34,794 nt of DNA, from positions 1-34,794 of the forward strand of contig JBCCEA010000036.1 in the NCBI GenBank assembly GCA_039030515.1, in the 5' to 3' direction. Source of the stretch: Myxococcota bacterium. GTDB taxonomy: Bacteria; Myxococcota_A; Polyangia; Polyangiales; Houyiibacteriaceae. Under the pieces are notes generated by a model. That model was not told the origin of the DNA and made no database searches. It worked only from the letters and a program-made list of their open reading frames with translations. Below, in pieces: positions 1 to 8,491 of this stretch. The position numbers and the translations under genes were made by a program. How positions within the stretch are numbered: position 1 is the first letter of the stretch; each line of letters begins with the position of its first letter.

Positions 1-48
1 AGTACGTTGAGCTTTGAGCATGGGAGGCAAGCGGCTGTTTGGGCCGAC
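1..48 (+). repeat. Partial copy (3' half) of the ~124-bp hairpin repeat, truncated by the window start
   Basis: GGCAAGCGGCTGTTTGGGCCGAC at 26-48 recurs exactly at 153-175. The 1-48 stretch also aligns with the reverse complement of 34433-34479. Confidence 0.8.
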
Positions 49-63
49 TCAGCGACCACCCCC

Positions 64-187
64 CAGCGGGTCTAGGTTGGTTCAAACAGCCAGCGCCCCC
101 GAGGCAACGAGGAGGAGGGTACGAGTGGGTACCTGACGACGAGGCGCGAGGCGGCAAGCGGCTGTTTGGGCCGACATAGGCCCGCTG
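64..187 (+). repeat. Complete ~124-bp palindromic (REP/MITE-like) intergenic repeat
   Basis: Arms 64-91 and 160-187 form a 28-bp stem with 4 G.T pairs and 1 mismatch. The apical hairpin is GGGTAC-gagtgg-GTACCT. Homologous copies lie at 34297-34794. Confidence 0.85.
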
Positions 188-192
188 AAGTG

Positions 193-1515
193 TTACAGAC
201 TAGAGAGCACGGTCCGCTTAACCGCCTCATATTCGAACGGCAGTTCGATAGGCCGGTTGGGATGTTCGCTCGTCACCCTCGGTATGGCGCTGTCGTGGTA
301 GCGGACTTTGAACTGAGTAAACTTAAGTCCGCTGGCGGTTGAGACGACGACGACTCTGTCTTTCGCTTGAATTTCACGTTTGTGGATCAGTTTTTCGAGC
401 GCTGCCAAGGCCACTCCCGTGTGGGGGCACGCGTAGGCACCGGAGCGATCGGCTTTCGCAGCCGCTTCGGCAAGTTCAGATTCGGAGGCTTGCTCGACCA
501 CCCCGTTGAATCGCTTCAGCGTGCGAATCGCTCGAAGTAGGCTTACCGGATTGCCGATCCGAATAGCGCTTGCCTCTGTTTCAGCTGCCGTGATGGGCTC
601 AAAAGAATCCCAGCCGTTGACGAAGGCTCGGTACAGTGGGTTCGCAGCCTCAGCTTGCGCCAAACATATTCGCGGCCGACGGGTGATGATGCCGAGCTCG
701 AAGAGCAGGTCAAAGCCAGCACCAAGTGCGGAGACGTTGCCTAAGTTGCCCCCCGGGATGATGACCCAGTCCGGCACCTGCCACTCAAACTGCTGCACCA
801 TTTCGATCGCGACCGTCTTCTGTCCCTCAAGGCGCAAGGAATTCATGGAGTTGGCTAGATATACGCCTGGTTCGTTTGCGAGTTGCTGGACTACGCTCAT
901 GCAGCCGTCGAAATCTGTATCAAGCGCGATTACTTGAGCGCCGTTGGCCAAGGGCTGAACCAGTTGGGCTGTGGTCACCTTTCCACTCGGAAGCAGCACG
1001 ACCGATTTGATTCCCGCGGCAGCACAATAGGCAGCCAGCGCTGCGCTCGTATCGCCGGTCGATGCGCAGGCGATCGCGCGAATCGGCTGCCCGTCTTTGA
1101 TCATCTGATTGACCACACTGACCAGCACCGTCATGCCGAGGTCCTTGAATGAGCCCGTGTGGCTGTTGCCGCACATTTTGATCCAGGTGTCCGGCACACC
1201 GATTTCGCGCCCGTACCGCTCTGCCCAAAAAAGGTTGCTTCCGCCTTCCGCCATGGAAACGACATTTTCGTCTCGTAAAATCGGCGCGACCCATTCTTTC
1301 TTTCCCCAAACGCCACTCCCATAGGGCCATCGGGTAGTCATCCAGCGCTCTTCGAGAGTTCGCATCCATACGTCTGGGCTTCGGTCTCGAAGTGCCTCGA
1401 TGTCGTGGTGAACCTCGAGGAGTGAACCGCAGTGGGGACATTTGTAGATCACCTGGGTAAGGGGATATTCACCAGGACAACCGGCGACACATCGAAAGCT
1501 TGCTGAGTACGGCAT
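193..1515 (-). CDS. thrC: Threonine synthase (PLP-dependent, N-terminal Cys cluster)
   Basis: Motifs HTGSFKDLG (PLP lysine), [28 protein letters not shown] and CPHTGVA. Start placed at ATG 1515 (MPYSASFRC); the longer ORF from 1671 overlaps the divergent gene. Confidence 0.93.
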   Translation of the reverse strand: MPYSASFRCVAGCPGEYPLTQVIYKCPHCGSLLEVHHDIEALRDRSPDVWMRTLEERWMTTRWPYGSGVWGKKEWVAPILRDENVVSMAEGGSNLFWAERYGREIGVPDTWIKMCGNSHTGSFKDLGMTVLVSVVNQMIKDGQPIRAIACASTGDTSAALAAYCAAAGIKSVVLLPSGKVTTAQLVQPLANGAQVIALDTDFDGCMSVVQQLANEPGVYLANSMNSLRLEGQKTVAIEMVQQFEWQVPDWVIIPGGNLGNVSALGAGFDLLFELGIITRRPRICLAQAEAANPLYRAFVNGWDSFEPITAAETEASAIRIGNPVSLLRAIRTLKRFNGVVEQASESELAEAAAKADRSGAYACPHTGVALAALEKLIHKREIQAKDRVVVVSTASGLKFTQFKVRYHDSAIPRVTSEHPNRPIELPFEYEAVKRTVLSSL

Positions 1516-1648
1516 GATCCGGCGAAGTATAGACGTTCTGGCAGTAGAGGCACGTGCACGGCTTTCGCAGCCAGACATCGTTTCACTATTCGTTCGCCGC
1601 TCTTCCGATTGACGAGCACATCGCCTCACAAAGTACCATGGTACGGCT

Positions 1649-3076
1649 ATGCGTTTGCTGCTTCGTTCCATTCGCGCGTTTTCGATATTTGGAGTGATCT
1701 TTGTCAGCTACATGGTGCAGCTCGGTCTGACCCGTACCTTTCGCCGCTATGAACGGGATGCTGAGACCGGTAGGGAGCGAGTGTGTGACCCACCTTTTTT
1801 GATCCGCAGGCGTGAACGTATCGATCAGCGAAATGCCAAGCGACTACTCAGAGGCATCCTTCGTCTTCGGGGCGTCTACATCAAGATGGGGCAGGTTTTA
1901 TCGATCATGGGCGGTTTTCTCCCGCGCGTGTACGCCAAGGAGCTGGAGGTCTTGCAGGACGAAGTTCCGCCGATGCCGTTTTCAAAGATCGCGGCGACCT
2001 TCATCGAAAGCGTAGGACGACGTCCCGAAGACTGTTTTCGTTCCCTTGACTCCGAGCCGCTGGCAGCAGCTTCCCTCGGGCAGGTTCACACGGCTTGCCT
2101 TCACGACGGAACGAAGGTTGCGGTGAAAATCCTCTACCCCGGAATCCGCGGAGTGATTCGGACCGATATGCGTTTGGTGCGCCTTTCACTACGCGCGTAC
2201 CAGGCTTTTGTTCCCGTTCGAAACCTCGATTCGGTTCACGCGTCGCTCGTCGATCTCCTGCGCCGAGAAACCGACTACGTTCATGAAGCGGCCTGCATGA
2301 AGCGTATGGCAGCCAACTTCGAAGATGAAGACGATGTCCTCATTCCCGAAGTCGTCGAAGAGCTGAGCACGTCCGAAGTCCTCACGATGACCTTCATGGA
2401 AGGCATCAAGATCACGCGATTTGATGAGCTTGCCGCGGCCGGGGTTGATCGAAGTGTAGTTGCGCGCAGGTTGACAGAATGCTTCTACAAGCAGCTTTTC
2501 CTACATCGCTTTTTTCATGCAGATCCTCATCCGGGTAATTTTTTGATCGATCCCGGCAGTGACCCTGCTTCGGCTCCGCGGATTGTCATCCTTGATTTTG
2601 GAGCGATCAGTGAGGTGGGGCCGAACATGATCGAGGGCTCTATCGAGATCCTCAGTGGATTCTTCGAGCAAAACGATGCCCTCGTGCTCGACGGTATCGA
2701 ACGTATCGGATTTGTCGCTGAGGATGGCAATCGAGATTTGTTGCGCCAGACGGTGAAGGCCTACTTTCAGAAACTTCTCAAGCTTGAAGAAAGAACCGTA
2801 GGCGCACTGATGCGTGCCAGCCGTCGCGAGCTCGAAGAACTGCGCGATCCAGAAGTGGAGCGACGTCAGCTGCGGGAGTTGATGCGGTCGATCCACTATC
2901 CAGAAGGCTGGTTTTATGTGGAGCGGGCGGCTGTGTTGATGTTTTGGCTTTGCGGCCAAATCGATCCCGAATTGGATACGATGAAGGTTGGGTTTCCCTA
3001 CATTATGCCCTTGGTTGCGGCGCATACAGCGAATCGAGCGCGTGCCTCAGCGTTTGTTGCAGATTCCCAGGTGTAG
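1649..3076 (+). CDS. ABC1/UbiB (AarF) family atypical kinase
   Basis: Motifs [34 protein letters not shown] and LDFG. Confidence 0.92.
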   Translation: MRLLLRSIRAFSIFGVIFVSYMVQLGLTRTFRRYERDAETGRERVCDPPFLIRRRERIDQRNAKRLLRGILRLRGVYIKMGQVLSIMGGFLPRVYAKELEVLQDEVPPMPFSKIAATFIESVGRRPEDCFRSLDSEPLAAASLGQVHTACLHDGTKVAVKILYPGIRGVIRTDMRLVRLSLRAYQAFVPVRNLDSVHASLVDLLRRETDYVHEAACMKRMAANFEDEDDVLIPEVVEELSTSEVLTMTFMEGIKITRFDELAAAGVDRSVVARRLTECFYKQLFLHRFFHADPHPGNFLIDPGSDPASAPRIVILDFGAISEVGPNMIEGSIEILSGFFEQNDALVLDGIERIGFVAEDGNRDLLRQTVKAYFQKLLKLEERTVGALMRASRRELEELRDPEVERRQLRELMRSIHYPEGWFYVERAAVLMFWLCGQIDPELDTMKVGFPYIMPLVAAHTANRARASAFVADSQV

Positions 3077-3135
3077 AGACGATTCAACTGAGGCAACTGA
3101 CTTGTCGGCTGTCGGCCCCGGGGTTAATCTGCCCC

Positions 3136-3582
3136 GTGGCTGGCGCTTATGTTCTTGGGGTGGATCCCGGCTTGAGCCGTATCGGTTTGGCTATTTCAGA
3201 TGAGGAGTGGCTCTGGGCCTTCCCGCTTGAAACGGTGAAAAACGAGGGCGAACAGAAAGTGTTGATCCGCATCGCGCAGTTGATCTCCACCCACCAGGTC
3301 GGGCGCATCGTGGTCGGCTTCCCTCTCCGGCTCGACGGTAAAGAAGGGCCTGAGGCCCGTCGAGCGAGGCGATTTCGGAATTGTTTGGCCGAGGCGAGCG
3401 CGCTGCCCGTCGAGCTGTGGGACGAACGTCTCACTACGGTGGCCGCCGAGCGCTGCATGAGAGACTCAGGTGTAAACTCAAAAAAACAACGTGCGCGTGT
3501 CGATCAAGCAGCTGCATCGATCCTGCTCCAAAGCTACCTCGACGCGAAGCGATCGCATGAGTCGCCGAAGCTTCAGGCCTAG
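3136..3582 (+). CDS. ruvX: YqgF/RuvX family pre-16S rRNA nuclease (Holliday-junction resolvase-like)
   Basis: Motifs VLGVDPG..RIGLA, IVVGFP, WDERLTT and VDQAAASILLQSYL. In-frame GTG at 3136. Sits in the conserved ruvX-mltG order. Confidence 0.92.
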   Translation: MAGAYVLGVDPGLSRIGLAISDEEWLWAFPLETVKNEGEQKVLIRIAQLISTHQVGRIVVGFPLRLDGKEGPEARRARRFRNCLAEASALPVELWDERLTTVAAERCMRDSGVNSKKQRARVDQAAASILLQSYLDAKRSHESPKLQA

Positions 3583-4738
3583 CCGCTCCACATCCAGATC
3601 GGGTCGCGGGAGGTCTGGGTCAGCCCGTCGGACGTCGGGGTCCATCAAAGGCGCCTTGGGGCCTGGAACGAAACGCGTTCGTTTCGCCGCATTGTGGGTG
3701 GCGCTGTTCGGCTTGGGTTGCGCCGCTTGGCTTGTCGTCGTCTATCCCCGCACTTCGGGAGCTCCTGCGCCTGGCAGTGCGCGGATCGAGCTGTCCTCGG
3801 AGTCCGATGTCGGTCGACTCGCCGCTCGACTTGCAGAGGAAGGGGTGATCGAGAGACCTTGGCTCTTTGCCGCCTATTTGCGTCTGATAGGCGCGGACAA
3901 GCGTTTGCGGAGTGGTGTCATCCGTCTGCGACGTGGGCTTGCTCCGGAGGAAGTGGCTCGCTCCGTCGCGATGGGCTTCGGTCCTGCGCAGCTTCGAGTG
4001 ACGATTCCAGAGGGCTATACTCGTTTTGACGTTGCCGCTCGTTTTCAGGAACTCGGGCTCGCCGACGCTCGGGAGTTTCTACAGGCGACCGAGGATCGCA
4101 GTCTCCTTCAGAGCATGGGCATCCCGGGAGAGTCTGCGGAGGGGTACCTGTTTCCAGATACCTACGATATTCGAGAGTCGACTTCCGTGAGAGGGATCGT
4201 TCGCCGGCTCTCGGCGCGAGGTAAGACGCAACTGAAGCGATCTCTGCAGGAATCACCCGCGGGTTTCACGCAACTTCAGGCGGACCTGGGCTGGTCGGCA
4301 CATGAGGTGCTCGTGCTCGCTTCTATCGTAGAAAAGGAGGCGGCTTTCGCTTCGGAACGACCCATGATCGCGGGCGTCTTCTTGAATCGGCTTCGGTCTC
4401 GTACGTTTCTACCCTCGCGAAGACTCCAGGCAGATCCCACGGTGTCGTACGGGTGTTTGGTCGCTCCTGACGCTGCGCGTTCGTGCGAGGGTTTTGATGG
4501 TGCGATCACCCGCTCCATGCTGGCTGATGCGAGTAACCCCTACAACACCTACCGTCACTCTGGATTGCCGCCCGGACCCATCTCGAATCCCGGCAGAGCG
4601 GCGATCGATGCCGTGCTGAATCCAGCGGCGCATCGCTTTTTTTACTTCGTTGTGGAGGGCGGAGGCCGTCATCATTTCAGTCGAACTCTCGAAGCGCATG
4701 ATCAGGCGGTTCAAAGATATCGTGCGACCGTCCGATGA
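3557..4738 (+). CDS. mltG: Endolytic transglycosylase MltG (YceG family)
   Basis: N-terminal basic stretch plus TM helix. Motifs VTIPEG, EGYLFPDTY, LASIVEKE, VFLNRL, LQADPTV and YNTY..GLPPGPISNPG. ATG at 3557 overlaps the end of ruvX. Confidence 0.95.
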   Translation: MSRRSFRPSRSTSRSGRGRSGSARRTSGSIKGALGPGTKRVRFAALWVALFGLGCAAWLVVVYPRTSGAPAPGSARIELSSESDVGRLAARLAEEGVIERPWLFAAYLRLIGADKRLRSGVIRLRRGLAPEEVARSVAMGFGPAQLRVTIPEGYTRFDVAARFQELGLADAREFLQATEDRSLLQSMGIPGESAEGYLFPDTYDIRESTSVRGIVRRLSARGKTQLKRSLQESPAGFTQLQADLGWSAHEVLVLASIVEKEAAFASERPMIAGVFLNRLRSRTFLPSRRLQADPTVSYGCLVAPDAARSCEGFDGAITRSMLADASNPYNTYRHSGLPPGPISNPGRAAIDAVLNPAAHRFFYFVVEGGGRHHFSRTLEAHDQAVQRYRATVR

Positions 4739-4874
4739 ATCCTGACTTATGGCCGCCCTCCGATTCGGTCGGTTGCGATGGCGTGAAGATGCTTGCTGTG
4801 GGAGCCTGCCGGACCTGAAGGGGTTTGGATAGCGAGGCAATCCTGATCCCGCAGCTTTACGGAGACGCCTGCCT

Positions 4875-5483
4875 TTGACGGACTCAAAATCAGAACACGT
4901 TGTGTGGCACGTAGGAGAAGTCGACGCGCCCATGCGACGCAAAAACCTAGGTCACGGTGGTTGCGTGGTCTGGTTGACGGGGCTTAGCGGGTCGGGCAAG
5001 AGCACGATTGCGCACCGAATCGAACGTATCTTGATAGGGCGTCAGGTGTTTGCCTACGTGCTCGATGGAGACAACCTGCGACACGGGCTCTGTCGCGACC
5101 TCGACTTCTCTGCTGCCGGGCGAAACGAAAATATCCGGCGCATCGGCGAAGTGGCCAAGTTGTTCGGTGATGCAGGGGCGGTGGTGATGACGGCATTCAT
5201 TTCACCGTACCGGGCAGATCGACACGCGGTGCGCGAGGCAGTTCTGGCGCCGTTCGTCGAGGTCTTCGTCGATACGCCCCTCGAGGTTTGTGAGGCCCGC
5301 GATCCCAAGGGACTCTACGCGCGTGCGCGCGCCGGGGAGATAAGCCAGTTCACGGGTATCTCCGCTCCCTATGAGCCACCGGAACAGGCCGAGGTGCACC
5401 TTGAGATGCATGACGAACAGGTAGACGCTGCCGCGATGCAGGTGATCGGTTATCTCGAAACCCGCGGAATCCTGATACCGTAG
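4875..5483 (+). CDS. cysC: Adenylyl-sulfate kinase
   Basis: P-loop [12 protein letters not shown], plus [29 protein letters not shown] and [12 protein letters not shown] start preceded by GGAG at 4861-4864. Confidence 0.95.
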   Translation: MTDSKSEHVVWHVGEVDAPMRRKNLGHGGCVVWLTGLSGSGKSTIAHRIERILIGRQVFAYVLDGDNLRHGLCRDLDFSAAGRNENIRRIGEVAKLFGDAGAVVMTAFISPYRADRHAVREAVLAPFVEVFVDTPLEVCEARDPKGLYARARAGEISQFTGISAPYEPPEQAEVHLEMHDEQVDAAAMQVIGYLETRGILIP

Positions 5484-5490
5484 ACCGGAC

Positions 5491-5549
5491 GACAGAGCGC
5501 TTGCTGATCCCAACGACATAGCACTTGCTGATCCCAACGACAGGGCACT
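5491..5549. repeat. 24-bp tandem repeat (2 copies plus a partial)
   Basis: GACAGAGCGCTTGCTGATCCCAAC / GACATAGCACTTGCTGATCCCAAC / GACAGGGCACT. Confidence 0.8.
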
Positions 5550-5619
5550 CCTGCCTTCTAGTTGCAGGGCGGGCGGCAATCGTCGTCCGCCGGATGCCTG
5601 CGGTAGCATGCGCGTCTGA

Positions 5620-5655
5620 GCCGCGCCGTTCTTTGGCGCCACACCGTTCTTTGGA
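5620..5655. repeat. 18-bp tandem duplication
   Basis: GCCGCGCCGTTCTTTGGC / GCCACACCGTTCTTTGGA. Confidence 0.7.
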
Positions 5656-5697
5656 GCTGTACTGGTCTTTCGAGTGGTGCTCGCTTTGCCTCTTGGC

Positions 5698-6321
5698 TCA
5701 CTTGTGCAGGCCGGGCACGCGCACCTCCAATGCAAGACCGGTGGGCTCTACGCGGATGGACGCGACCTCGAGAACGTCGATGATCGCGGCAACGGCGCCT
5801 TTTCCCATGATTTCCCGTACTGCAGGCACGGTCCGCAGATCGACCCGAATCGTCCCTGGTTCGCCCCGTTCAGTAATCGCGCCGTGAACTTCGGCAGAAG
5901 GTTCACCGAGCACCATCGCCCAGAGCGCATGGGCGATCGCTCCAGAGATGGCGGAAACCAAGTTGCCGATGCGGCGCCGCTTCGCGAGTTCGGGCGGCGA
6001 AACCTGAAAATGGATCTCCTTTGCACCGTGGGGGGCAAAGGAGACGCGGGTAGGAAAGAGAGAGAAACGTAGCTCTTCGTCGTCTTCAAATCGCACGTCC
6101 AGCATCAACCTTCCTTCCTGGGTCATGATCGAAGCGGAGTGCACCTCGGGGGCACGGACCACCGCGGAGCCAAGGATTTCGCTGCGCACAGGGATCTGTT
6201 GCTTCGTCAACACCTCAAGACCATCGCGCAACACACGCCCGAGATTCGAGCGTGTCGCCTGCTGCACCGCGTGATCACAGGCCTGGCGTACCAAGCTCTT
6301 CCACAGGTCTCGCACGCTCAT
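5698..6321 (-). CDS. Hypothetical protein
   Basis: 207-aa ORF with globular-like composition. Its start overlaps the upstream stop (ATGA), suggesting translational coupling. Confidence 0.75.
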   Translation of the reverse strand: MSVRDLWKSLVRQACDHAVQQATRSNLGRVLRDGLEVLTKQQIPVRSEILGSAVVRAPEVHSASIMTQEGRLMLDVRFEDDEELRFSLFPTRVSFAPHGAKEIHFQVSPPELAKRRRIGNLVSAISGAIAHALWAMVLGEPSAEVHGAITERGEPGTIRVDLRTVPAVREIMGKGAVAAIIDVLEVASIRVEPTGLALEVRVPGLHK

Positions 6322-7004
6322 CGGACACTCGATGAAAGGGATGAAGACGCGATCGTCGACTCCGCTTTCGCTTGCGCCGCACCAACCCGGGCTTGGATTT
6401 GGGTGTAGCGAAGCCGCATCGAGACCGGGCTGAGGTTTCCGCGTAGCGATGCCTTAGCGAGCGCATCTCCGTCTTCCCCCATGCCGATCGAACGAATACG
6501 AGGTAGCTCTCGCACCCGGAGGCGACGATCAAGATACTCGTCAAGGCTCGCGATTCCGAGCGCAAGTGCCGGTCCGAAGGTGAGATCCGGCTTTGGGCGA
6601 TATCCTCTGGCGTAGGCCACCGGAAGGCCAGATCGGCTTAAGATACGAGGCCAAAGGCGCACAAGACCCAGGTGTCCGCTGTACACAATGCGTCCAAGTT
6701 TCTGATAGCGGAATCGTGCTCTGAGACTTAGGCCAGGTTCGATTGCGAGACACACAAGGGGCCGTGATTCGTTTTCAGCATCTTGCATGTTTGTTGCGCG
6801 GACAAAGGCTCCCTTTGGTTTTCCGCAAGGAGGACTAAGCCGGTCTTTGAGCGCTTTTTGGTGCTCCCTTTTCAGGCATCCATCCTCAAGACCGAACTCG
6901 ACCGATTCCCGGTCTTTTTGGATGTGACCGTCTTCGCCGCCCACGCATTGCGAGGGTGTCTGAACCTTGTGCAAGAACGGGCTAAGGGGATGGTCCAGGA
7001 GCAT
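6318..7004 (-). pseudogene. Internally deleted, in-frame remnant of a TIGR03960 B12-binding radical SAM / TIGR03936 (DUF2344) fusion gene
   Basis: N-terminus LHKVQTPSQCVGGEDG resembles the family start (V.KP.RY.GGE). REHQKALKDRLSPPCGK resembles the end of the radical SAM region. RFRYQKLG...HLGLVR...GLPVAYARGYRPKPDLTFGPALALG...EYLD is DUF2344-like. There is no CxxxCxxC motif. Confidence 0.7.
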
Positions 7005-7060
7005 GATGGCGCAGGATAGGGCTCGAGTGCGTTCCGGTCGAGCTGCCTGAAATCACCTCC

Positions 7061-7741
7061 TCACATCTTGATCTGCCTCCACTTGGCGATGTTCCAGTAG
7101 AGAAAACCGAGAAAAAGAAAGGCAAGCACGATGGTCAGGTGACCACTCAGCAGGTGAACGCGTCCGGTCAGAGTGCAATTCAAATGCAGTACGGCGTTCG
7201 TGGCGAGCGCAGCTCCGGTGGCCGCGACTATCGTTCGCTGCGCGTTGCCGAGGGAGGTCCGGGCGAGCAGTCGCCAGAATCCGAGAATCGGAAGGGTCAA
7301 AAAGATACCGGAGACAAAACAGTGCAGTGCAGACTGATCAAAGGCGGAATCGAGCGCATCGTGGCGATCGGCCTCTCCGCTGCTCAGGGCGAGGCCGATC
7401 GGCACGGCGAGCGCTAGAAGCCACATGCCCCACACCTCGGCCAACTTGGGAGGAGGTCGATGCAGGGGACGCATGCTCCACAAAGCGAACAGGGCTGAAG
7501 TTGTTAGAAGACAAACAAATCCGAGCATGCGGACTCCGGTGAGGGCGCTCCACCCAGCAAACTTGTCCGACCCGAACGCGACGAGGATCGGCAAACCGAT
7601 CCCCAGGCCAAGCCTTTTCGAGGTAGAGCGGCTTCGAAGCCAGCCCCGAACACCCCGATCGCGCTGCAGTTTTGACTGCAGCTCTTCGTAGAGCGCATCG
7701 AGTTCGGTGGTTTCTGGATTTCCACTGTCTTTACCCGTCAC
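7061..7741 (-). CDS. Multi-pass membrane anti-sigma factor (NrsF/DUF1109-like)
   Basis: About 6 hydrophobic segments, a conserved-type Cys (LHCF), and C-terminal LHLNC....HLLSGH. Coupled by a GTGA overlap to the ECF sigma upstream. Confidence 0.75.
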   Translation of the reverse strand: MTGKDSGNPETTELDALYEELQSKLQRDRGVRGWLRSRSTSKRLGLGIGLPILVAFGSDKFAGWSALTGVRMLGFVCLLTTSALFALWSMRPLHRPPPKLAEVWGMWLLALAVPIGLALSSGEADRHDALDSAFDQSALHCFVSGIFLTLPILGFWRLLARTSLGNAQRTIVAATGAALATNAVLHLNCTLTGRVHLLSGHLTIVLAFLFLGFLYWNIAKWRQIKM

Positions 7742-8325
7742 CGATCGACTCCAGGTTGGGGTATGCTCGCGGCGCTCGAAAGGTTTCGCTCTTCTTGTTC
7801 CAGTAGAGTTTTTATTTTTTTGTAACCTCGATGCGCTCGAACTTTGACGGCGGTGACGCTGGCTCCGAGCACCTGGGCCACCTCTGCGAAAGGCAAATCA
7901 TGGAACCAATGAAGCTCGATGACGCTGCGTTGGGCCTCTGGCAGGCGAGCTACTGCGTGGCGCAGTTGCCGAATTCGCTCCAGTCGTTCCGCGTCGTGGG
8001 GGTGCGCGATGGGGTCGCTCCGACCGTCCAACTCTAGAGGAGCTTCGGGCCTGCGTATTTTCTTTCGAACGTACTCGCGTTTCAGATTGAGGCATATCGT
8101 GTAGAGCCACGGCCTCAAGATCGCACCTTCTCGGAAGTCGTGCCGGGCGCGATGGAGGTGCAGAAAGGTTTGCTGTACCAACTCGCGGCAGTCTTCCTCG
8201 GCCCATATGTGCCTTCGAAGCAACCTGCTGAGTTTGAGGCTGTAGCGGTCGAAGAGGATTCGAAATGCCTGTTCCTCGCCTGCCTGGTAGGCCCGCATCA
8301 GTTCCTCATCAGTTTGGTCCCGCAT
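7738..8325 (-). CDS. ECF RNA polymerase sigma-70 factor
   Basis: TDEELM...AGEEQAFRILFDRY start, region 2 (ELVQQTFL..PWLYTICLN) and region 4 (LPEAQRSVIEL..EVAQVLG.SVTAVKVRAHRG). Start placed at ATG 8325; an upstream in-frame TTG lies at 8364. Confidence 0.93.
   Translation of the reverse strand: MRDQTDEELMRAYQAGEEQAFRILFDRYSLKLSRLLRRHIWAEEDCRELVQQTFLHLHRARHDFREGAILRPWLYTICLNLKREYVRKKIRRPEAPLELDGRSDPIAHPHDAERLERIRQLRHAVARLPEAQRSVIELHWFHDLPFAEVAQVLGASVTAVKVRAHRGYKKIKTLLEQEERNLSSAASIPQPGVDR
7762..7787 (-). promoter_or_regulatory. Candidate ECF-type promoter inside the sigma gene's 3' end, driving the anti-sigma gene
   Basis: Minus strand reads GAAACC-N16-CATA, followed by a GGAG RBS and the GTG start at 7741. 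Confidence 0.4.
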
Positions 8326-8491
8326 GATCAACCCCGTCTTCGAGGCGGACTTTCTAATTTCCAAAACATTTGAACTAGGTTGTTCCGATATGCCACGGCT
8401 CGTCGGGCATCGTCTTTAGAAACGCGGGAATATCACACGCGAAGTCTTGAAGCGGCAAGGGCAGATGTTGGACCTGCAAAGGGAGTTTTTG

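Noticed and set aside
1..187. Terminal repeats as ends of one 34-kb mobile element or prophage
   Set aside because: The enclosed genes are core housekeeping (leuS, thrC, mglBA, gcv) and no integrase, transposase or phage gene is present. Dispersed repeats explain the similarity.
1516..1671. N-terminal extension of thrC in the ORF track
   Set aside because: It overlaps the divergent ABC1 kinase start and its promoter region. Recognisable ThrC sequence begins at ATG 1515.
4801..4830. SRP (4.5S) RNA, because the minus strand reads TCAGGTCCGGCAGG
   Set aside because: The required GGAAGGAAGCAGC motif and long flanking helix are absent.
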